From positions 11,224,001 through 11,288,000 of the forward strand of contig OZ076409.1 in assembly GCA_964187785.1 (NCBI GenBank): 64,000 bases of DNA, read 5' to 3'. Under the pieces are notes generated by a model. That model saw nothing but the letters and a program-made list of their open reading frames with translations, searched no databases and was not told the origin of the DNA. Origin of the DNA: Amphiscolops sp. MND2022 (taxonomy: Eukaryota). Each line of letters begins with the position of its first letter. Position 1 is the stretch's first letter. Made by a program: the position numbers and the translations under genes. Shown piece by piece: positions 1-12,507 of this stretch.

Positions 1-1121
1 GCTCATTTTCAATTGATGTAATATGTTCAGGGCTTTTTTTACGGAAAATCTCTTAGATATGAGAGCCGAGACTATCTAAAGGAAAATGTTTTTCTCCAAG
101 TGAAAACGTCAAATAAAAACCAAATTGGTAAAAAACGCAACATATCATGATTCCCCCCATTCGCAAATAAATTTGTGGGGGCGGAAAATAAAAACCCAAA
201 AGGGAGTTTTAGACTCCTTGGGAACCCTTTGAAACTTAGGAGTAAGTGGACCATTCAGTATGAGGTCTGTGGTCTGACGAAAAAAATGTTGCAACTGTGA
301 TAGTCGGTCACTGCTACAAAAAGCGCCGACTGAAAAGTGGCTATTACAGTGACAGTTGGGGAAAAATCTTACCACTGCCAAAGTCTTCGGAAACGTCGTT
401 TCGAGTTTTTGGTTTATATAAGCATGCCGTCTAATAAAATGTGCGACATGCAATGGAATTCGTATGATTTTGTTGGTTGTGTGAAATGAAAATCTTTGAA
501 ATGAAAAAAGTCCAACTCTAATGAAAGTGAACTTGAACTTTCCTATGTTTGGCATTATGAGTTGATGTAAACCACCGATCGAGCAGTTGAAAGTCTCCGG
601 TGTCGACACTAATTCACTAAAATCACTGATTATCGGTGTCAAAATTTTACTTTGGGCTACTAGTTGTAGGGGTTTTGAATCAGAACTTCTGATTGTATGA
701 TCTAAGGCAAACTTCTGGCGTGTTTCTGAAGTAGACTTCTATGTTTCTGCAATGCGGCTTGTTCGATTTATTCAGGGATCCATGAATTTCAATGCGAGAA
801 AAACCAAACCCTTGCAAATAGGGATACCATGATAACGAGATTTTCGAAACTAGTTTAGAAAGATGCTCTATCCATGTTTGGCTAATTGGACGTTTGTTTC
901 GGCAGGAATAAGGCAGTACATGTAATTTTGCTAATTTTCTCTGTGAACTCTAGAGACTAAAATTTTTCTTAACCGCTCCTTAGAAATTTGGCAAATTTGC
1001 GCCCGTTTGAAAAAAAAAAACGTGCAAGAAAAACATGCAAAAAGAACTGAAACATGAACAGTAGAATGTAGAATACAAACACCGGGTAAGTAGGACAGAC
1101 GAGCTGAGAAAAACGGTGTCC

Positions 1122-1372
1122 GGACATTACGCCCAGTAATTATAGGGACGGTAAATGACGTGCAAAAGTTGTTAAAGTAAATAACGTCCAAAAAAGGTAG
1201 TGATCTGCCACTGTCACATACCTCTGATGCTCTAAACGCAGGAGCGAAGCGGAGCGACGTGCCGTTACCGATATAGCGGCTGATTTTCGCGAGGGCCGAC
1301 CTCGAGGGGTGCGAAGCGCCCTGAACGAGAATGGCCGAACAATTTTTTCACAAATTATTGGGCGTAATTTCC
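1122..1372. mobile_element. MITE-like element (~250 bp) with ~20-bp TIRs GGACATTACGCCCA(A/G)TAATT
   Basis: GGACATTACGCCCAGTAATT at 1122 and AATTATTGGGCGTAATTTCC ending 1372. The internal GCAGGAGCGAAGCGGAGCGACGTG motif is shared with an inverted copy at ~42115-42537 and partial copies near 30588 and 46408. Confidence 0.6.
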
Positions 1373-3656
1373 TCTTCCCCGAGTTGGGATCCCAGGGCAG
1401 CCCATCGATGGACCATCGCATTCCCATCGATGGTCCGCCGACCTTTTTGCCATGGCCCATCGATGCTGAGCTCCCATCGATGGGCCCTCGCAATTTTTGC
1501 CGGGGTATAAAAAAACACCTTTCTAAGGGACTTCTATGAAAAAAGATTGGAAATAAATAATAAGAAAATAAAAGATCTGAAATATGCAAAAATTTGACCT
1601 TCAAAATACGGAAATCTGGTCAAAAATACAGTATTTTTCCACAGCAAAATTTAAAAAACCTGGTATAACTGCAAAAATACGCGTCAAAATACGACGGAAT
1701 AGAGCTTTAATAGCTGGGAAAACCATCTGCTTATAAGGAAAAAACTGAAATTAGACCTAAAATTATCCCTTTTTCTGACCGTAAATTAATCCAGCTACCC
1801 CGAAAATACCTGAAAATCTTACCCATCAAACGGCTTCAGGAAACGCGGTGCCGAAAAGCGTCATTAACGCTACCCGGGTCATTAAGGTAACCCAAACAAC
1901 CAAAAAATATGGAAGAGACACGATTATAGAAAATCAACCAAGCTTCCGGCGCAATTCGAATTTTTCAGACATGTCAGTTTTTCTCCTCCATCGATGAGCC
2001 GTCCATGGAAAAGCTTTTTTTGGATCCAAACTTTACCCATGGGTGGACCATGCATGGGAGTCCATGGGATCTCAGTACGTGTCCCCTTCGGCGTAATGTC
2101 CGTGGGATTATTGTCCGCTTTGAGCGTAATGTCCTGTAACCGAGAAAAATAAGTTCTATAGATGTGTGATAATATTTTGTTGCTAAATTCGAATGATTCA
2201 TTTGATTTTTCTGTTTCTATTCTTCCATTTAATTGAAATCGCGTCCAATAGAATTTAAAGCAATTGTGCAGTTTATGTAAATTAACTGGTGTTTGATCAA
2301 AGAAAGGTACCTTTATGTCGAATTAAATAATGGTACATCTAAACATCTAATGTAATGGAATTCCACAGTTAAAGGGTGTGAATGTAAACCTAGCAAAGTC
2401 TGCTTGCAAAGTTTGAGCAAAATTATACCAAAAGTGAGAAAAATCTTTTTTGAACTAGATTTGGCTAAAAATGGCCTATCGCAACTTTTACAATTTTCAT
2501 TGCATGTTTTTCAAACAAACAATCGTAGACTACATAACAATCTGGGAGACTTTTAATTTTACCATTTTTCAAAAGTCTTCGTTTTCGAGATTATAGATTT
2601 TATTTGATTTATGCTGCTTTTTCTAAAATCACTATTGTAGACAAAAGTGCTTCAAACTTTACAATCCAAATATTTGCTAGTTTCTTATCATCAACTGAAT
2701 AAACTTATCAGCTTTAATTTTGGTTTTTATTCACAGTTCTATGGAAAATGGACATTTTACATCCAAACTGATAGTTACGTGTATAAAGATTGCTTATAAT
2801 TTTTTTGTGAACAGCTAATAATAAACCCCAGGCCAAGAAGTATAATTGGTAAGTGACAGAGATCTAGCAATGATTTGGATTGTAAAATTCGAAGCTTTTT
2901 GTGTCTGCAAAATTAGCTGAATTCAAGTTTAGCTTACATCATAATCAGTGTATTGTAGTATACTGAGTTCCTCTTATAACGCGTAATCGTATAATCGGAC
3001 GTTTCGTATTTTCGTACAATTGGCTTCTTGTATCGTATAAAGGCATGGAGCATAATTTTTGGATCATTTTTGATCGAAAAGTGTCAATTGCTTCAAAAAG
3101 GGGATGCCAATAGCCCCCTTTTTGAATCCCATATAGCCTATTACCATTTTAGGATGGCCATTTCATTTGAAATTCATCACAAAATTTCATAAGTTCCAAA
3201 AACTTCTCAAGTCCGTTATGGGAAAATCGACGCAAAATGGCTGAAAAGCGATTCTCCGTATAACTCGTATGATAATGGCATCTTCGTATAACGTGTAATT
3301 CGTATAACAAATTGTGTATTTCGTATAATTTTTCGAATAATCGTATATCGTGTACAATACACTGATCATAATACCATTCTTGATTCATCGACGTAAAGGT
3401 ACTGTTCTTTTAACATACTACTGTGGTAATAATGCATGCTCTCTCCAATGGAATCTTGCCACGTTCTCACGTGTAGTAAGTGTAGTAGCATGGAGCTAAC
3501 ATATTGCTTCCCCTGTTATGCCTTTTCCACGCACGGCACTGTAGGCCTGTGTCCATGTATTTCGAATAATACACAAAGTGCTTTAATAACTGTAGCTAGC
3601 ACCAATGGATGTTCGTTCGTCCTACTACAGCCGAGACGTGCATTTCTTGTCAGTCG

Positions 3657-6600
3657 CCGTCTTACCGCGTTTGCGGTATAGAATTAACAAGCCGAGAACG
3701 GCTCAAAAAGTGCAAAGAAGCACTTTTGAAAAGGCTTCCGTTCTACCAAATGTTTCTCTTTAATTGGAAACTACAAAAATCAAAAAGGTACCCTCTTGTG
3801 AAATGAAAACAAGTGGCACAGAGGACCCATTGCTATTGTCTAGCATTGTAATATGGCGCTAGATGTATCTAAGACTCCTCAACGACGATATGGCCCACTG
3901 AAGAAGTTCAACAAAATGATAAAAAAGTGGACTCTACAAATGAAAAATATACAAATGAAAAAACAAGACTCAAAAACCGCTTTTTTCCTAACTTGAAACA
4001 TCAAAAAACCCAATTCATTTTCGATTTTTTTTCGAAAGTTTCATAGTTCTGAAAAAGGAGCTTTCAGCTTGCAAAATTATTGTTCCGCCTATAGGCTTGG
4101 GAAACATTTTTTTGCAGGAAACCTTTAGACAAAAAAAATGTGAAAAGAAGTTATTCGAAATTTTTCAAAATTATTATACTTCGGTAAGTCGCGTAGTGAA
4201 AAAACATAAAGTGGCCATCTATTCTCGCAAAACGCTTTGTTTCTACCAAAAATTGGATGGAGTTCCGGTTTTTAAAACAGTCAGAAAAGCTGCACGGTGC
4301 CGAATCACCTCTGTCGAAAACACCACGAACCCTTTGGTCTCCCTCTATTTTTGCAAGCTATAAAAAATTCGGTTTAGTGCGAGACTCGAACCCACGCACT
4401 CCTGTTTCTTAGACCTCAAGAAATCCGTGTTAACCTCTGGGACAAGTGGCAGTTGGAAGTTACAACTTAGTAGTAGTTGCTTATACGTATAGAATGCTTA
4501 TAGAAAACTGCCAGTTTGCTGGCCTCAGAAAAAGTCATGCTATAGCAGGTTCTTTTCGAAAAGCGCCGACTAAAAAATTGTTACAGCGCGTAACTGTAAT
4601 AATCTCCCCTTTCAAAAGGCGTCTGAGAAAAACGATCATGGGGTTAATACATTTGGAAATATGTTATGATCAAAAATGATTCATTGTGAAAGATGTGATT
4701 GATAGAAATCATTTAAATAATAGGTGAAATGACCGAGTACTAAAAGGGCTGAGTATTCATCACTTTTTATCAGATTAGTTTCGGGAGCAAAAAGCCAGCG
4801 TTTCAAATACTGCTTAGTTTCAATTCATAGTCGGAGCTGTCGTTAGATAACACAGACTTTAGTAGTCGTATTTTTCAATACCAGCGAACTGGCAGGTTTC
4901 AATAAATACTTCTATTACTTCATTTTGTTTTATGCCATTTGGTCCAGTGGAGGGGCGAGTGGCAGTCAGAAGCAAATGTATGTGAGTTCGAGTACCATGG
5001 TGGACGTTTTTAGGCAAAGGAAAGGCTGTTTCCATTCGACATTGACCAACTTTTTCAACTTTGGGCCCTCGTTTCTCGTCCTCTGTGATGGGTACACATT
5101 TCGTTTTTAAAGAAAATTCAACACGACTCTGGACTACTTTCCAGTAGAAATAGTTTTGTCGACATACGTTTCAACATTTTCCTTTTTCCGTTAGAAAACT
5201 TCATTCGGCTTACCGTCTTACCGGGTTTGCGGTATAGAATTAACAAGCCGAGAACGGCTCAAAAAGTGCAAAGAAGCCGTTTTGAAAAGGCTTCCGTTCT
5301 ACCAAATGTTTCTCTTTAATTGGAAACTACAAAAATCAAAAAGGTACCCTCTTGTGAAATGAAAACAAGTGGCACAGAGGACCCATTGCTATTGTCTAAC
5401 ATTGTAATATGGCGCTAGATGTATCTAAGGCTCCTCAACGACGATATGGCCCACTGAAGAAGTTCAACAAAATGATAAAAAAGTGGACTCTACAAATGAA
5501 AAATATACAAATGAAAAAACAAGACTCAAAAACCGCTTTTTTCCTAACTTGAAACATCAAAAAACCCAATTCATTTTCGATTTTTTTTCGAAAGTTTCAT
5601 AGTTCTGAAAAAGGAGCTTTCAGCTTGCAAAGTTGTTGTTCCGCCTAAAGGCTTGGGAAACAATTTTTTTGCAGAAAACCTTTAGACAAAAAAATGTGAA
5701 AAGAAGTTATTCGAAATTTTTCAAAATTATACTTCGGTAAGTCGCGTAGTGAAAAAACAAAGTGGCCATCTATTCTCGCAAAACGCTTTGTTTCTACCAA
5801 AAATTGGATGGAGTTCCGGTTTTTAAAACAGTCAGAAAAGCTGCACGGTGCCGAATCACCTCTGTCGAAAACACCACGAACCCTTTGGTCTCCCTCTATT
5901 TTTGCAAGCTATAAAAAATTCGGTTTAGTGCGAGACTCGAACCCACGCACTCCTGTTTCTTAGACCTCAAGAAATCCGTGTTAACCTCTGGGACAAGTGG
6001 CAGTTAGAAGTTACAACTTAGTAGTAGTTGCTTATACGTATAGAGAATGCTTATAGAAAACTGCCAGTTTGCTGGCCTAAGAAAAAGTCATGCTATAGCA
6101 GGTTCTTTTCGAAAAGCGCCGACTAAAAAATTGTTACAGCGCGTAACTGTAATAATCTCCCCTTTCAAAAGGCGTTTGAGAAAAACGATCATGGGGTTAA
6201 TACACTTGGAAATATGTTATGATCAAAAATGATTCATTGTGAAAGATGTGATTGATAGAAATCATTTAAATAATAGGTGAAATGACCGAGTACTAAAAGG
6301 GCTGAGTATTCATCACTTTTTATCAGATTAGTTTCGGGAGCTAAAAGCCAGCGGTTCAAATACTGCTTAGTTTCAATTCATAGTCGGAGCTGTCGTTAGA
6401 TAACACAGACTTTAGTAGTCGTATTTTTCAATACCAGCGAACTGGCAGGTTTCAATAAATACTTCTATTACTTCACTTTGTTTTATGCCATTTGGTCCAG
6501 TGGAAGGGCGAGTGGCAGTCAGAAGCAAATGTATGTGAGTTCGAGTACCATGGTGGACGTTTTTAGGCAAAGGAAAGGCTGTTTCCATTCGACATTGACC

Positions 6601-6763
6601 AACTTTTTCAACTTTGGGCCCTCGTTTCTCGTCCTCTGTGATGGGTACACATTTCGTTTTTAAAGAAAATTCAACACGACTCTGGACTACTTTCCAGTAG
6701 AAATATCTTTGTCGACATATGTTTCAACATTTTCCTTTTTCCGTTAGAAACTTCATTCGGCTT
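3657..6763 (+). repeat. Tandem duplication of a ~1.55-kb unit (3657-5211 and 5213-6763)
   Basis: Both units begin CCGTCTTACCG(C/G)GTTTGCGGTATAGAATTAACAAGCC and end CTTCATTCGGCTT, with only scattered substitutions and small indels. The ORF track shows the same spurious ORFs twice. Confidence 0.95.
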
Positions 6764-7700
6764 TCTGGTCGAACTTGGACACCAGTTCGAGCTACTGGCA
6801 TGATGGGTAAATGCCTTTTCACGGTGCACTCCTAACTTTAAGTCTCTTGGAAAAACTTTCATCCCGCTGACGTAGCTCCTTGGTGCAATTTTGCACGAGG
6901 AAATGTTCCTTGATCAAATGCGACGTTTTAGCCTATTTGGTTTTCAAGACCTATAACTTTGTAATGCAGTATTCTCCCTCTCAAAGATACTCGAGACCAT
7001 TGTCCATGTTCTAGTGCTCGTGTTCAACCAGACCAGGTGCAATCACAGTCGTATTTCGTGAGGAATTCGGTCGGTGGAGTTTGAAATGCCATTTCCAACC
7101 AGAAGACCATTGATAACTCCGGAACCATTCGAGATACTGGCATGATCCTTTGCTACTTTTTTATGGTCCACTACTGGGGCCTTCTCATGAAACTAGTTTC
7201 ATCTCGCTAAAGTAACTACTTAGTTCATTTTTTTAAACAAAAAAGTTCATTGATCAAATGCGTCTTTTTTAGCCTCTTCAGTTGCCTGTGGCCGATGTCT
7301 TCGAAACTATTTGCGAAGCAGATGATTTATATCCTGGATTTATTTGTGTCAAACGTGTATTCTTCGCAAGCCTTGTGCTAGGCACCTTAGCGTCTATGTT
7401 TTGATTTTGAAAATCATTTAATAAATGGGTACCCCCTTCATTTTTAAAATGTTTTCGGTTGCAAAGAGTATTTGTTGCAAAACTAATTTAAATTAGGTTT
7501 TTTGATGTTCCCAGTTACGAAAAAGCTGTTTTCGAGTCCCACTGTTACTTTTATTCATGTTTATTTATGTATATATTCTTCAAGTATTTATTATTTATGT
7601 ATTTGTTACTATTTCGGCATAATACCCGTGCTTTCGGGTATTTTTGGCACTGTTTTCCATCTTAAGTCTGCATCCGACGATTTTACAGTTACTAGTTTTT

Positions 7701-8104
7701 AGTCGGCGCTTCATGAAGTGAAACGCTTCTATTATAGTGACTCTTTTTTTTCAATCCAAACGGTCTGACCAAAATAGTTCCTAAAAGTTCTACGAAATTT
7801 TATGGTTCCAAATTGAAACAATAAACTGAACCAAAAAGTTTTATGTTTTTCCGCGAAACATACAATACCAGGAAATACTAAAGGGTCCCCCTTTCAGATT
7901 TTTTTCGGCATTGTGAGACTTTTTTCGAGAAAAAATTTTCCCAAAGGGTCCCCCTTCAATTTTTTGATGTTCTGCGACAGAATGGTTGTTGTTTCAGTTT
8001 TTTCGGCATTGAGAGATCGGCAAAGTAAGGAATACTTGACAGTTTGAAGTCCTTTTGCTATTTCTGAGCCTTATGGCGCCTACTTATGCCGTTCCCGGCT
8101 TGTT
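7701..8104 (+). mobile_element. Non-autonomous Helentron/HINE (DINE-1-like) family A, representative copy
   Basis: Starts (T)nAGTCGGCGC and ends GGCGCC(G/T)ACTT + hairpin GCCGTTCCCGGC + TTGTT; internal AAGGGTCCCCC..TTTTTCGGCATTGTG repeats. Other copies: ~3687-4575(-), 5242-6128(-), 9882-10346, 37550-38173, 48246-48803(-); further 3' ends near 32190, 32485, 38545, 39104. Confidence 0.6.
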
Positions 8105-8561
8105 TGCTTTCTTTCTGAGCAGACAACAGAGCTGAATTGTCCTTTTTTACAAACTTTACGCCGATTTAAAGTGTAACCGAAAAGGTCAATGGGTACTCCC
8201 TTTCAGTATTTCAGTTTTACCGTCTCCTCAAAACTATATGGGGACCGAAGGATCCCCTTTCGGTTTTTGCAGCGCTTACTACTTACTTAAAAATTTATCA
8301 CCAAAGGGGGGTCCCCTTCCGTTTTTTAATGTTCTCAGTTACTGCAATACGTTCCAAGAGCTCAAAGGGGCCCCCTTCAAACTTTTCGGCATTGTGCGAC
8401 TTTCTTGACTTTCGGAATAGTCTCTTGACGTTCTGAAAAGAAGGAAGTGTATTTTCTTTGCTAATATAAAAATAGCTTCCAAAATATATCTTTGTTTTGT
8501 TCATGTTTTTAAATGGTCGTTTACAAGAATGTGGCAAAATGTGTGTTTTCTAGATAGATGA

Positions 8562-9179
8562 ATGGGAACAAGGCAGAGTACACAGGCATCCTCAGCAGCC
8601 TATAACAGTAGACATGGTGCCCAACCCAGTCACAGATCAGTTGTTGCCTCGTCGAACGGAGCCCCCCACTCGCACACCCGCGGTTTGAGGACGACGGCGG
8701 GTCATGGGAGTCAACATGGAGCGCCTTCAAGCACTTCTGTGCAAGCACCTGGTCATACAAGTTCCATGTGGCGACCTTTCAACCCAACTAGTTCCTCAAA
8801 CCCCACTTCTCGTCACGGTCCCGGCCACAGTAGTAACAGAGGTAGTGGGGCCGCCGGGGGCCAGGGTATCACCATTTCGCACGGGGGTCAAAGGTTGATT
8901 AGCTTATCAGACATCAAATGCCCAGTATGCAACAAGACGGTGCGATGCATCGACGACTTTGAAGTGCATGTTGTTATGTGTTTGACCAGACCAAAGTTGA
9001 CTTACAACGAAGAGACGGTGGAAGAAGAAAGAGAGGAAGAGTGCATTATTTGTTTGGAAGATTTCGTAGTTGGTGAAACAATCGCCAGATTACCTTGTTT
9101 ATGTGTCTATCATAAACACTGTTTAGATGAATGGTTTAAAGTTAACAATGTTTGTCCACAGCACCCGCCCGATGATTGA
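8562..9179 (+). CDS. ZNRF: ZNRF1/2-type RING-H2 E3 ubiquitin ligase (single coding exon)
   Basis: N-myristoylation-type start MGTRQS, low-complexity linker, Zn finger CPVCNK...HVVMC, LTRPKLTYNE, and C-terminal RING-H2 CIICLEDF...IARLPCLCVYHKHCLDEWFKVNNVCPQHP. Splice acceptor TTTTCTAG lies just before the ATG. Confidence 0.93.
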   Translation: MGTRQSTQASSAAYNSRHGAQPSHRSVVASSNGAPHSHTRGLRTTAGHGSQHGAPSSTSVQAPGHTSSMWRPFNPTSSSNPTSRHGPGHSSNRGSGAAGGQGITISHGGQRLISLSDIKCPVCNKTVRCIDDFEVHVVMCLTRPKLTYNEETVEEEREEECIICLEDFVVGETIARLPCLCVYHKHCLDEWFKVNNVCPQHPPDD

Positions 9180-11045
9180 CTACAAATCCCACTTTTTACA
9201 TTTGATTATGATGGGAACCAGCGACCACAGAACAGACAGAAACCGCCGCCATTGCCACCGTCTATGTATGTCCCTCATAGTTTGGTTGTTTTTCTCCTCT
9301 TTTTCCTCCCGTGATAGGAGGATACCTCACGTCTTCATCTTCATACCCCATCCATCTAGTCCTAGTCGTCCCTTCGTTGTCGCCCATTTCACCCCACTCT
9401 AGGGAAAAGCTCTTCATCATCGGAAGTGCCAGCGAATTTCGCTGCAGTACTCACTACATGCTGTGCTGTTCAGCTGCTTTAGAATATTGTTAGCAACTTG
9501 AAGATTAATTTGTCATGTCATTGGAAGGAACTACAGGAGGAATATTACAAGGACAACGCATACGACAACGAACGACGACGTCTCGATAGACGACGATTCG
9601 TTTTAGATTTAATTTAGTTTATATACCTGTACCAATACTTTTATTTTCTAGCTCGGCTCTAGCTATATTAGCAGCTGATCATAATTATGTCTTCCTCATC
9701 TTGCTCCTAATGTCAGTCAGGTTTCTGCTACAGCCGTCGACCGCTGCTCGGGGCCGATGAACGAAGATTATTTTAGTATAAGAATTTAGATTCAGCTTCT
9801 ATTTTTTTATACATTCCACAAGCTAGCATCAGGTCCAGATCCGAGATCATAAAATTAGATTCGCAAGCATTGCCTTCCTTTTTAAGCGGCGCTTTTCTTG
9901 AGAAGAGTCGACTATAGTCATGGCTTTTCGTCAGTGTTTTTTTTTGATACACCTCAAAGACCAAAATAGTTCTACCAAAAGTTCTACAAAATTTTATATT
10001 GTACTTGTTGGACCAGGGAATAACCAAAAAGGTTTTTCCTTTTTTCCGCGTATCATGCAATATCGGGCGACACTGAAGGGTCCCCCATTTCAGTTTTTTT
10101 GGCATTGTGCGACTTTTTTTGGAATTTTTTTCATTCAAAGGGTCCCCCTTAATTTTTTTGGAATTTTGGAACAGAATGGATGTTGAAAAATCCCAAAGGA
10201 TCCGTCCCCCTTTCAGTTTTTTTCGGCATTGTGAGACTTTTTTCAAAAAAATTGGGTGCTGTGGAAAAGAATACTTTGACACTTTAAAGTCATTTAGCTA
10301 TTTTTCAGCCTTAGATATGGCGAACTTGGGTCGGTCCCGGCTTGTTTTTCTGCGTTGCGAAACTACTCACGTTGACGATGGTTCTCTTTAGTTTGATTTT
10401 TACTGCGTAATTCCTGGTTACGAAGACCTCTTTAGTGGCAGAAATGGGAAGATTCATTATTGATCTGATGTCGAAAAATTTCAAAGCGTTATTTTTTCTC
10501 GTGTATGCGTTTGAAAAAAGTTTCAGAAGCAACATTGTTTTCCGAACTACAATAGACAGGTTTTGCTTTTGCTAAGTACTTGCATTTTAATTTGCAGAAC
10601 CCTAATTCTCAGTTTGGAATTAATTACTTTGTGAAAGCTCTACACATACGGATTTCCAAGTTTGATGCCAAATTATTCATATTTCCGTGCAACTTGTAAA
10701 AGCATTGTAACGGACAAGCCTATGTTAGTGTAAGAAAGAGAAATTTGTAAGCAATAACTTGGTTTACATTACATGTAAACAAAGCTAGCATTTTGCGTGG
10801 TACAACCTTTTCGAAATTTGTTTCTCTTTATATAGTTCTCCCAGTGTTCAAAATTCAACTCGAATTGAGATAAAACTTGTTTTGGATAGTTATTTCGATG
10901 AAGGTAGCGCTATATCCGAATTGTATACGTTATCCCTAGTTTATTTCGTCTTGATAGGAGTAAATTAGGGTTCGAATTTATCAATCCCAAACTTTTGTTT
11001 GTTTCCAAGTTTAACTCAATTTTTTTAACAAGGCATATAATCCAG

Positions 11046-12124
11046 TATAGTTCCAAAATGTTGGGTATGGCTTTTGTTGCTAAAGAAATTTTGTTTGCTA
11101 ACAAAATCTAATGATCGTGAAATCATTTCACTTGTTCCAACGTTTAAACAATCAGAACTCAGAAATGCTAGCACCGTTAAATTCTGGCATGTCGAATTGT
11201 TACTTTTCTGGCTTTTATGAAAAAATCGCCAACGAGCTTGGCTTAAAAGCCATATTGACTGCTCAATGAGGGTTTAATCGTTAGCATCGGAACTACGGGT
11301 ATTTGCCCAAAAAATCAACTGGTCGACCACCAAAATTATCAGAGAAAAATTGGTGAAAGATCCCAAGACACGTCTTTAGGGAGAAATTCGCGTCAAATGC
11401 AATGGTTTTCCCACCAAACAATCAATATCTAGCACAACTAAGAAATTTGAAAAACGTTGTTTTCAGCAGAATGGCGACCAAATACATCATCAAAAAGCCC
11501 TGCACATTTTCGAAAAAAGTAACTAAAAATGATGGAAAAAGTCTGTGTTTTAGTATTGGTTTTCACTAACGAAACTCTTGTAAAGCTCACTAGTGACGGA
11601 AAAAAATGTCAGGAATGTATCAACTGACCGACGATCTCATGTTTTGGGGCGCAATTCGATCAGATGGCCGAAAATGCTTGTAAAAAGTCCGAGTACCCTA
11701 AAGAGCACCAGTTATCGTGATATTCTGAAACGTAACGACAAAAAATGCATCCTCGAAGTTTGGCGTTGCAATAAGAGAACGCACCGGTTCATACGGCAGA
11801 AAATATGAAGAAAGTCCTCAATTGACCTCTTTACAGCCCTGATTTGAATATTATTCGGAACCTTTGGGCTATTGTTAAGAGAAGGCTTGCAGAACAAACA
11901 GTTTTGTGGGAGAATTTAGAAAAAAAGTTCAAGAAATTTGGAATTCAATTGATCTAGAGGCCATTCAAAAACTATATGATAGCATTTCAGACCGACTAAA
12001 CGCAGTTATTGGTACTAATAGACTCATTTCCCGATTCTGAAAAAATGCTGCTGTTTCAAAGCAATTGCTATCTTCTATTTTGAGAATTTTGGATTCATAG
12101 TGTTTAAAAACATTTGGGACTGTA
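11046..12124 (+). mobile_element. Decayed Tc1/mariner DNA transposon
   Basis: Broken frames give GRPPKLS (~11321) and PDLNIIRNLWAIVKRRL (~11838, cf. SPDLNPIENLW). Degenerate TIRs TA|TAGTTCCAAAATGTT and AACATTTGGGACTG|TA with TA flanks. Confidence 0.75.
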
Positions 12125-12507
12125 ATGTAACAAAATCGTGTCTATCCAAATTAACAACTTTCCGAACTAAGACATGTGACGGATGAAAGGTTAAGCGGAA
12201 GTTCAACTTAAACGATTCCCTTTTTTAAGACCCTTCAGAACCATTTATACAAATTAGCGTGAACCTATTTTGTTGCTTTTTCATTTTCAAACAATGAAAT
12301 GAGGTTTGTGAGTATCGTCCAAAGGTCTCATAAAACAGTATACAAAAATCGCAGTCTCACTGTCTCTTTTAGTGTCATAGGTTTAGAAAAACTATTGTTG
12401 AAATGAAGATGATATGCAATTAAATTTGAAAAGTCTTTCAATGAATTTATTTTGAAGTTGCAAGTTTGAGGACAAGCAAGGTGGCAGTACACAAAGGTGA
12501 TCATCAT

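Noticed and set aside
333..930. Minus-strand segment (LETTFPKTLAVVRF) reminiscent of a hAT transposase C-terminus
   Set aside because: Too degenerate; no TIR, TSD or catalytic motifs could be confirmed by eye.
1401..2070. Clustered CCATCGATGG/CCATGG palindromes and their ORFs
   Set aside because: These look like subterminal motifs of a non-autonomous repeat; the ORFs have no protein-like composition.
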